DNA of 64,000 nucleotides from Lachnospiraceae bacterium (GTDB lineage Bacteria; Bacillota; Clostridia; Lachnospirales; Lachnospiraceae): NCBI GenBank assembly GCA_963661945.1, contig CAVLDP010000003.1, positions 61,441 to 125,440 of the forward strand, read 5' to 3'. Shown piece by piece: positions 55,219 to 64,000 of this stretch (position 1 is its first letter; each line of letters starts with the position of its first letter). The notes under the pieces were generated by a model. It saw only the letters and a program-made list of their open reading frames with translations, ran no database searches and was not told where the DNA came from. The position numbers and the translations under genes were made by a program.

Positions 55219-56208
55219 ATGAGCAATTTTGGTTTTGGTCAGTTAATCGACATCCTGAAGAAGGATCCTAAGAAGATTGTATTTACTGAGGGTGAGGATC
55301 CTAGAATCTTAGAGGCTTCTTCTAGACTTCTTGCAAGTACTTTCCTTCATCCAATCCTGGTTGGTAATAAGGATAGAATTCTTGCTGCAGCAGAGAATGC
55401 TGGTTTCAATGTAAATGGTGCAACAATTATCGATCCAGAGAATTATGATCGTATGGATGAGATGGTTGAGCTCTTCTGCGAATTACGTAAGTCTAAGGGT
55501 GTTACACCTGAGGAGGCTCGTAAGACTCTGTCTGCTGCCAACTATTTCGGTACCATGCTTGTTAAGATGGGAGTTGCAGATTCTCTTCTTGGTGGTGCTA
55601 CTTATTCTACAGCAGATACTGTTCGTCCAGCTCTTCAGCTTATTAAGACAAAGCCAGGCAACAGCATTGTGTCTTCTTGCTTCATCTTAGTACGTGAAGG
55701 TGCTACTGGAGACCGTGAAGTTCTCGCAATGGGTGACTGTGCAATTAATATCAAGCCAAATGAAGATGAGCTCGTAGAGATTGCTGGTGAGACAGCCGAG
55801 TGTGCTAAGATCTTCGGTATTGATCCTAAGGTTGCTTTCCTTAGCTATTCTACTCTTGGTTCTGGTAAGGGCGAGGATGTTGACAAGATGCGTAACGCTT
55901 GTGCTAAGGCAAAGGAGAAGTATCCTAATGTAGCTATCGATGGTGAGCTTCAGTTTGATGCTGCTGTTTCTCCTTCTGTTGCTCGTACCAAGTGCCCAGA
56001 TTCTCAGGTTGCTGGTCATGCAAACACATTTATCTTCCCTGATATCAATGCAGGTAATATCGGATACAAGATTGCACAGCGTCTTGGTGGATTCGAAGCA
56101 TATGGCCCAATCTTACTTGGTCTTAATGCACCAATCAACGACCTGTCTCGTGGCTGCAATGCTGCAGAAGTTTATTCTATGGCAATCATTACTGCTGCAC
56201 TTGCTTAA
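55219..56208 (+). CDS. pta: Phosphate acetyltransferase
   Basis: About 330-aa PTA_PTB fold. IVFTEGEDPRIL and GDCAIN motifs. AAGGAGA SD before ATG 55219. Confidence 0.93.
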   Translation: MSNFGFGQLIDILKKDPKKIVFTEGEDPRILEASSRLLASTFLHPILVGNKDRILAAAENAGFNVNGATIIDPENYDRMDEMVELFCELRKSKGVTPEEARKTLSAANYFGTMLVKMGVADSLLGGATYSTADTVRPALQLIKTKPGNSIVSSCFILVREGATGDREVLAMGDCAINIKPNEDELVEIAGETAECAKIFGIDPKVAFLSYSTLGSGKGEDVDKMRNACAKAKEKYPNVAIDGELQFDAAVSPSVARTKCPDSQVAGHANTFIFPDINAGNIGYKIAQRLGGFEAYGPILLGLNAPINDLSRGCNAAEVYSMAIITAALA

Positions 56209-56235
56209 TTTACCAGAGTTAATCTTATTCATTTG

Positions 56236-56267
56236 CCGCTTGGAGCATTGTCTCCGAGCGGTTTTTT
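56236..56267 (+). terminator. Rho-independent terminator after pta
   Basis: CCGCTTGGAG-6 nt-CTCCGAGCGG followed by TTTTTT. Confidence 0.85.
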
Positions 56268-56284
56268 GTTATAATAGCTAAGTT

Positions 56285-57457
56285 ATGAAGAATGAAATGG
56301 AACTTTATGTCCACATCCCTTTTTGCATGAAGAAGTGCAATTATTGCGACTTTTTGTCAGGACCTTGGGATGCGGATATTAGAAAAAAATATACAAATGC
56401 TTTATGTCAGGAGCTTAGATTCCTAGGGAAGAAGTACCAGGGAAGTCTTATTACCTCTGTCTATATTGGAGGTGGAACCCCTTCTTGGCTTGAACTTGAT
56501 TGCATGGAAGAAATCCTTGCCACCATCTTATCGAACTTTACTATTCTAGGTGGGGCAGAGTGGACGATGGAGGTGAATCCGGGAACTGTCACAAAGGATG
56601 CGCTTAATCTCTACCGGAGCTTTTATGTGAATCGGCTTAGTATAGGACTTCAGTCAGCAAACGACGATGAGCTGAAATTGCTTGGACGAGTCCATGATTA
56701 TCATCGCTTCCTTCATACTTATGAACTTGTCAGAAATGCAGGCTTTCGCAATGTAAGCGTAGATATTATGACAGGACTTCCCTATCAGACGAAGGAGAAG
56801 CTTCTCTATACCCTAGAGGAAGTGGTGCGGCTGAAGCCTGAGCATATTTCTTCTTATTCTCTGATCATTGAAGAAGGTACGAACTTCTACGAGAAGTACA
56901 AGTTTGACGAAGTGGCTCAGCATGCAGGCATGCAAACAGAGGCTCTCCCTAGTGAAGACTTGGAGTATGAGCTTCAGAAGATGTCCGAGTATTTCCTGGA
57001 AGACCACGGATACCATAGGTACGAGATTAGCAATTTCGCCAGACCAGGGTTTGAAGGAATTCATAATTCGGGTTATTGGAAGAGGGCATTCTATATAGGT
57101 GCTGGACTGGGGGCGAGTTCCTTTGTGGATGGTAGACGCTGTCGAAATGAGACAGATATGTATGAGTATCTTGAGAAATGTGAGAGACTCAATCAAGAGA
57201 ATCTACTATATATAGAAGAGGAAGAAATAACTCGTTCTAATGCGATGGCTGAATTCATGTTTCTGGGGCTTCGCATGACAGAAGGGGTTCTGACCACAGA
57301 CTTTGAATCAGAATTTGGCCTGCCTCTTATGGCAATCTACGGAAAGCAGATTGAGGTACTGAAGCAGGAGGAGCTTCTGGTAGTCGAAAGCGGCAGAGTT
57401 TATTTGACAGAACGCGGCATGGATCTTGGTAATTACGTTTTTAGCCAATTTGTATAA
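56285..57457 (+). CDS. hemW: Radical SAM HemN-like protein (heme chaperone HemW type)
   Basis: LYVHIPFCMKKCNYCDF. GGGTPS. Position immediately upstream of hrcA, as in many Firmicutes. Confidence 0.9.
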   Translation: MKNEMELYVHIPFCMKKCNYCDFLSGPWDADIRKKYTNALCQELRFLGKKYQGSLITSVYIGGGTPSWLELDCMEEILATILSNFTILGGAEWTMEVNPGTVTKDALNLYRSFYVNRLSIGLQSANDDELKLLGRVHDYHRFLHTYELVRNAGFRNVSVDIMTGLPYQTKEKLLYTLEEVVRLKPEHISSYSLIIEEGTNFYEKYKFDEVAQHAGMQTEALPSEDLEYELQKMSEYFLEDHGYHRYEISNFARPGFEGIHNSGYWKRAFYIGAGLGASSFVDGRRCRNETDMYEYLEKCERLNQENLLYIEEEEITRSNAMAEFMFLGLRMTEGVLTTDFESEFGLPLMAIYGKQIEVLKQEELLVVESGRVYLTERGMDLGNYVFSQFV

Positions 57458-57475
57458 AATTTTTCTCGGTTTTTG

Positions 57476-57504
57476 TTGACAAAGACAAATACTGGGTGTA
57501 GATT
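57476..57504 (+). promoter_or_regulatory. hrcA operon promoter TTGACA-17 nt-TAGATT
   Basis: -35 at 57476-57481 and -10 at 57499-57504, immediately upstream of CIRCE. Confidence 0.7.
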
Positions 57505-57515
57505 ATCTATAGATG

Positions 57516-57542
57516 TTAGCACTCCAATTGGTTGAGTGCTAA
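57516..57542. promoter_or_regulatory. CIRCE operator (HrcA binding site) TTAGCACTC-N9-GAGTGCTAA
   Basis: Perfect match to the CIRCE consensus, read directly. It lies 24 nt upstream of the hrcA start. Confidence 0.95.
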
Positions 57543-57565
57543 CAAGACGCTAGAGAGGTGATTCA

Positions 57566-58603
57566 GTGGAAGAGCTTGGCGAGAGAAAAGAGAAAATACT
57601 GAATGCAATCATTCAGACATATCTGGAGACTGGCGAACCAGTTGGATCACGTACCATTTCTAAGTACACTGATTTGAATCTTAGTTCGGCTACAATTCGA
57701 AATGAGATGTCTGATCTGGAGGAACTTGGTTACATCATTCAGCCGCATACTTCTGCAGGTCGTATTCCTTCTGACAAGGGCTATCGATTCTATGTAGATC
57801 ATTTGATGGCGGAGAAGGAAGAGGAACTGACCACACTTACCGATCTCATGCTTGAGAAGACAGAGCGGATGGAACAAGTCCTGAAGCAGGTTGTGAAGGT
57901 TCTGGCCAATAACACAGAATATGCAACCATGATTTCAGCTCCTTCTATTGTGAAGAATCGAGTGAAGTTCGTTCAGTTGTCGCATGTGGATGCGAATCAC
58001 GTGCTTACTGTTGTGGTTATGGATGGTAACATTGTTCGCAATCAGATTGTTGAGGTTGAGAATCCGCTGGACAATGAGACACTTCTCAAGCTGAATATGC
58101 TTCTCAATACGAATCTGAATGGACTTACGGTATCTGAGATTAACCTTGGTTTGATTAGTAGGCTAAGAGGTCAGGCAGGAGAATTTGAGGATATTATTGA
58201 AGCAGTTCTGAATTCTGTTGCAGACACCATTGATTCAGATGATGAGCTTGAGATTTACACATCTGGTGCGACGAATATATTCAAGTATCCTGAATTGTCG
58301 GATACAGAGAAGGCCAAGGAGATTATCTCTACCTTCGAAGAGAAGGATGCCCTTGCAGACCTTCTTATGGATGTCCAGGGAGATGAGACAGGAACAGGAA
58401 TTCAAGTCTATATTGGAAGCGAATCTCCAGTACAGTCGATGAAGGATTGCAGCGTCGTTACGGCAACCTATGAGCTTGGCGAAGGCGTCAAGGGTACAAT
58501 AGGTATTATTGGACCGAAGCGAATGGATTATAAGAAGGTTATGGACAACTTGAGTTCCCTAAGGGAAGAGCTGGATCGGACCTTGAAACACAAAGATACA
58601 TAG
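57566..58603 (+). CDS. hrcA: Heat-inducible transcription repressor HrcA
   Basis: N-terminal winged helix (ILNAIIQTYLETGEPVGSRTISK). GTG start after AGAGAGGTG. CIRCE and grpE-dnaK-dnaJ context. Confidence 0.95.
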   Translation: MEELGERKEKILNAIIQTYLETGEPVGSRTISKYTDLNLSSATIRNEMSDLEELGYIIQPHTSAGRIPSDKGYRFYVDHLMAEKEEELTTLTDLMLEKTERMEQVLKQVVKVLANNTEYATMISAPSIVKNRVKFVQLSHVDANHVLTVVVMDGNIVRNQIVEVENPLDNETLLKLNMLLNTNLNGLTVSEINLGLISRLRGQAGEFEDIIEAVLNSVADTIDSDDELEIYTSGATNIFKYPELSDTEKAKEIISTFEEKDALADLLMDVQGDETGTGIQVYIGSESPVQSMKDCSVVTATYELGEGVKGTIGIIGPKRMDYKKVMDNLSSLREELDRTLKHKDT

Positions 58604-58607
58604 AAAG

Positions 58608-59267
58608 GTGGTTTTATTATTGTCAAAGGAAACAAGAGAGAATGTAGAAGATCTTGAGACTTCTACCGAGGAAATAGCAGATGGAACTTTTGAAGAAGAT
58701 TCTGATGTATCTGAAGGCAATTCGGATATCACTTCAGGAACTGAAGAAGACGTATCCGAAGATACAGAAGAGACGAAGTCAACTTCAGAAGATAAGAAAA
58801 GTGACAGGAAGTCTAAAAAAGAAAAGAAAGACAAGAAAGATGAGAAAATCGCAGAGTTAAATGACAAGGTCATGCGTCAGATGGCTGAATTCGAGAACTT
58901 CCGTAAGCGAAGCGAGAAGGAGAAGAGCCAGATGTTTGACATGGGTGCGAAGAGTATCTTAGAGAAATTCCTACCAGTTGTAGATAACTTCGAGAGGGGT
59001 CTTGCAACAGTAGATGAGTCTTCCAAGGAAGATCCATTTGTGGTTGGTATGGAGAATGTCTACAAGCAGTTAATGCTTGAACTTGAGAAGGTTGAAGTAA
59101 AACCAATCGAAGCAGTAGGACAGGAATTAAATCCTGACTTACACAATGCAGTAATGCAAGTACAGTCCGATGAATTTGAATCCGGAGTAATCGCTCAGGA
59201 ACTTATGAAGGGCTATATGTATAAAGATCAAGTGCTACGTCACTCAATGGTTGGCGTGACAGAATAA
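58608..59267 (+). CDS. grpE: Nucleotide exchange factor GrpE with acidic/Lys-rich N-terminal extension
   Basis: Core MRQMAEFENFRKRSEKE and C-terminal beta domain. Start is GTG 58608 or, with better SD spacing, TTG 58620. Confidence 0.93.
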   Translation: MVLLLSKETRENVEDLETSTEEIADGTFEEDSDVSEGNSDITSGTEEDVSEDTEETKSTSEDKKSDRKSKKEKKDKKDEKIAELNDKVMRQMAEFENFRKRSEKEKSQMFDMGAKSILEKFLPVVDNFERGLATVDESSKEDPFVVGMENVYKQLMLELEKVEVKPIEAVGQELNPDLHNAVMQVQSDEFESGVIAQELMKGYMYKDQVLRHSMVGVTE

Positions 59268-59277
59268 GATGATTTAG

Positions 59278-61167
<1,890 letters not shown>

Positions 61168-61247
61168 GATAAGCGTCATTAGAATAAGACATGCAGGGAC
61201 CTTGGGCCTATAGCCCAAGGTTACTTTGCTAGAGATAAGGATATATT

Positions 61248-62405
61248 ATGGCAGACAAGAGAGATTATTACGAAGTATTGGGAATACAGAAGGGGGCATC
61301 TGAGGATGAGATTAAGAAGGCCTTCCGTAAGGTGGCTAAGAAATATCATCCAGATATGCATCCAGACGATCCAGAAGCTGAGGAGAAGTTCAAGGAATGT
61401 CAGGAGGCATATGCAGTTCTGAGCGATCCGGACAAGAGAAGACAGTATGACCAGTATGGCCATGCAGCCTTCGATGGAAATGGCGGAGCAGGATTTGACT
61501 TTTCTGGTATGGACTTCGGTGATATCTTTGGCGATATCTTCGGCGATTTCTTTGGCGGTGGTCGCAGAACTTCAAATGGTCCTATGAAGGGGCAGAATGT
61601 TCGTACCTCTGTGAAGATTAAGTTTGAAGAAGCAGCATTTGGATGCAACAAGGAGATTGAGCTTGTCCTCAAGGATGAGTGTCCTAAATGTAAGGGATCT
61701 GGCGCTAAGCCTGGAACAAACAAGAAGACCTGTAGCAAATGTGGTGGTAAGGGCAAGGTCATGATGACCAGTCAATCCTTCTTTGGTACTGTTCAGAATG
61801 TGTCAACCTGTCCTGACTGTAACGGAACAGGAGAGATTATCGAAGAGAAATGTCCGGATTGTCATGGATCAGGCTACATTGCACGAAAGAAGAAGATTGA
61901 AGTAGCGATTCCTGCAGGTATCGATGATGGACAGGCAGTTCGAATTCGTGACAAGGGAGAGCCAGGAATCAATGGTGGCCCACGAGGCGATCTTCTTGTT
62001 GAGGTTCGCGTTCAGCCACATAAGACCTTCCAGAGAAGAGATTTTGATATCTACTCAGAGGCACCTATTTCCTTTGCACAGGCTGCACTTGGTGGCGAAG
62101 TTATAATCGAGACATTAGATGGTCGTGTGTCTTATGAGGTGAAGGCTGGGACACAGACCAATACTCGTATTCGCCTTCGTGGTAAGGGCGTTCCATCACT
62201 TCGTAATGAGAATGTGCGAGGTGATCACTATGTGACTCTAGTTGTTCAGGTTCCAACCTCTCTCAATGAGAAGGCTAAGAATGCTCTTCGAGAATTCGAT
62301 GAAGAGACAGGTAAGTCCTTGTCGACTGGCGGCGCTCCTGTGAAGGCTGAGAAGACGAAGAAGAAATTTGCTGACAAGATTAAGGATGCAATTGACGACC
62401 TATAG
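61248..62405 (+). CDS. dnaJ: Molecular chaperone DnaJ
   Basis: J domain with HPD ([10 protein letters not shown]), G/F region, and four CxxCxGxG zinc-finger repeats. Confidence 0.97.
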   Translation: MADKRDYYEVLGIQKGASEDEIKKAFRKVAKKYHPDMHPDDPEAEEKFKECQEAYAVLSDPDKRRQYDQYGHAAFDGNGGAGFDFSGMDFGDIFGDIFGDFFGGGRRTSNGPMKGQNVRTSVKIKFEEAAFGCNKEIELVLKDECPKCKGSGAKPGTNKKTCSKCGGKGKVMMTSQSFFGTVQNVSTCPDCNGTGEIIEEKCPDCHGSGYIARKKKIEVAIPAGIDDGQAVRIRDKGEPGINGGPRGDLLVEVRVQPHKTFQRRDFDIYSEAPISFAQAALGGEVIIETLDGRVSYEVKAGTQTNTRIRLRGKGVPSLRNENVRGDHYVTLVVQVPTSLNEKAKNALREFDEETGKSLSTGGAPVKAEKTKKKFADKIKDAIDDL

Positions 62406-62416
62406 GAATATATAAG

Positions 62417-62458
62417 AAAAGCCTAGTGCTTTAGGATAAATCCTTGCACTAGGCTTTT
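62417..62458. terminator. Bidirectional terminator between dnaJ and the convergent 95-aa ORF
   Basis: AAAAGCCTAGTGC...GCACTAGGCTTTT long hairpin with an inner AGGA/TCCT stem. A-run and T-run flanks. Confidence 0.85.
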
Positions 62459-62465
62459 TGCTTGC

Positions 62466-62753
62466 CTATTTGATTTCTTCGTATCTATCGAAGAGTTTGT
62501 CTTCTCCACAGAGCTGTTTGGAACCGTCCGGTTCTATGATGACGTAATCACCTTCCTGAAGAAAGGTTCGTCCTCGCCTGGTGAAGATGTATGGAGTAAG
62601 AATGTCTCCATCACGATTTATTTGAATTAAATTGTCGGCATGAACCCAGCTTTTGGTAACTACATCAGAGAGAAGCTCGAAGCCATCTTCTAGGTCTTGA
62701 CCAAGGCTGTATTTTATTACTTCTACTTCAAGGGGAATTCTTTTGCATTTCAT
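62466..62753 (-). CDS. Hypothetical 95-aa protein
   Basis: ORF with an AGGAGG SD on the minus strand (CCTCCT at 62761-62766). No recognisable motif. Confidence 0.55.
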   Translation of the reverse strand: MKCKRIPLEVEVIKYSLGQDLEDGFELLSDVVTKSWVHADNLIQINRDGDILTPYIFTRRGRTFLQEGDYVIIEPDGSKQLCGEDKLFDRYEEIK

Positions 62754-62881
62754 AGTCTTACCTCCTGTTGTAAGTTATCACAATAATCTTACAATAATGA
62801 CAACTTTCTGTCAATTTGTCTTTTGCGTTATTAGTATCTTTGTGGTAGGATAACCTATGCATTAGGACAAGGAGCTATTCT

Positions 62882-63832
62882 ATGAATTATATTAAGTATA
62901 CAATTAGGACGACGAGTCTGGCAGAGGAATATGTAAGCTTCTTATTGTCAGAGCTTGGAATTGATTCTGTTGAGATCGAGGATCTACTTCCTGTATTTGA
63001 TGAGAAGCAGGGTGGAGTTTTTGAAGAACTGCAGCCGGATCGACCAGAAGATGATGGGACTTCCTCTGTTTGTTTCTATCTGGAAGAAGACAAGGATGAG
63101 GAAGAGCTTCTTGCAAGAATTAAGGAAGAATTATCATCGGCTAGAGCCTTCATGGATATGGGAAGCCTCGCGATTACAAGAGAGGTTACGCATGATGAAG
63201 ACTGGCTGAATAATTGGAAGGAATATTTTCACTCATTTTCCATCGGCAGATTGTTCATAAAGCCAACCTGGGAGGATGTAAGCCCAGCAACAGATCAGGT
63301 CATGCTCGAGATTGATCCAGGAGTATCCTTTGGTACAGGAAAGCATGAATCCACTTATATGGTCATGGAGAAGATGCAGGAATTACTCAAGGATGGCGAT
63401 AGAGTACTTGATGTAGGATGTGGTAGTGGAATACTATCGATTGCCGCACTCAAGCTTGGTGCGGGTCACGTTGCAGGAACCGATATCGATGAGGACTGCA
63501 TCATGTCTACGAGAGAGAACATGCTCCTAAATCATCTGGATGGAGAAGAGACGGACTTCTATACAGGTGATTTGACAGTAGATCAGGATCTTTCGAGTCG
63601 ACTAGGCTATGAATCCTATGACATTGTATTTGCTAATATTCTGGCAGATATTATTATTGGTATGGCAGATGTTTTGCCTAAGTTTATGAAAGAAGGCGGT
63701 TACCTTATTACATCCGGAATTATTGATTTCAAGGAAGATAAGGTAAGAGAGAGCTTAGAAAAGGCTGGACTTCAGATTGTAGAATGCAATGCTATGGGAG
63801 AATGGCGCAGTATTGTAGCCCGCAGGGCATGA
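62882..63832 (+). CDS. prmA: Ribosomal protein L11 methyltransferase
   Basis: SAM motif VLDVGCGSGILSIAA, ANILA, and the dnaJ-prmA-rsmE context. Confidence 0.93.
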   Translation: MNYIKYTIRTTSLAEEYVSFLLSELGIDSVEIEDLLPVFDEKQGGVFEELQPDRPEDDGTSSVCFYLEEDKDEEELLARIKEELSSARAFMDMGSLAITREVTHDEDWLNNWKEYFHSFSIGRLFIKPTWEDVSPATDQVMLEIDPGVSFGTGKHESTYMVMEKMQELLKDGDRVLDVGCGSGILSIAALKLGAGHVAGTDIDEDCIMSTRENMLLNHLDGEETDFYTGDLTVDQDLSSRLGYESYDIVFANILADIIIGMADVLPKFMKEGGYLITSGIIDFKEDKVRESLEKAGLQIVECNAMGEWRSIVARRA

Positions 63833-63842
63833 GGAGATAACT

Positions 63843-64000
63843 TTGCAGCAGATTTTCTTGAGAGAAGAAGATATCATAGATGAGATTGCCCTGATTCGTG
63901 GTGAGGATGCCAAACATCTTGGACGAGTACTTCGTATGAGGCCAGGAGAGAAGATTCGTATTTCTACGGACCAGGCCAGAAGCTTTCTGGCAGAGATTAT
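63843..64000 (+). CDS. rsmE: 16S rRNA (uracil1498-N3)-methyltransferase RsmE, 3'-truncated by the window edge
   Basis: TTG start 6 nt after GAGGAG. N-terminal PUA-like pattern ..GEDAKHLGRVLRMRPGEKIRIS. Position after prmA. Confidence 0.75.
   Translation, partial: MQQIFLREEDIIDEIALIRGEDAKHLGRVLRMRPGEKIRISTDQARSFLAEI

Overview
64-kb chromosomal window from a moderately AT-rich, anaerobic, probably motile Firmicute. Gene content and order look Clostridia/Lachnospiraceae-like, but that is inference only. I count about 60 protein genes and one tRNA-Leu(UAG). I saw no rRNA, no CRISPR array and no intact mobile element. Most of the window is core housekeeping: pyrC-lysC; tig-clpP-clpX-engB; a Znu-like metal ABC transporter; an AraC regulator with an FGGY kinase and araD; hflX; pyrF-pyrK-pyrD-pyrE; purE-purM-purN-purD; nrdD-nrdG with an NrdR box; pta; and hemW-hrcA-grpE-dnaK-dnaJ with a perfect CIRCE, followed by prmA-rsmE. 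The 5' end carries a signalling cluster: an HD-GYP fragment, a 1615-aa propeller-type hybrid histidine kinase with Hpt, and a double-receiver response regulator. The only clearly accessory stretch is about 6.1-15.0 kb. It holds a self-contained 33-codon hydrophobic peptide gene that is absent from the ORF track, decayed phage MuF-like coding remnants, and one tightly packed co-directional gene string. That string contains a SauUSI-like PLD-helicase-DUF3427 nuclease (type IV restriction architecture), a MutT/NudG-like Nudix hydrolase, a radical-SAM/SPASM-like enzyme fused to a large DltD/SGNH-like C-terminal domain, a Dabb protein, an orphan 91-aa protein and a membrane GDPD. It ends at a hairpin next to a solitary tRNA-Leu. 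This string, and especially the radical-SAM fusion, is my best candidate for an undescribed system. All functional calls rest on motifs read by eye from the translations; no database search was possible.
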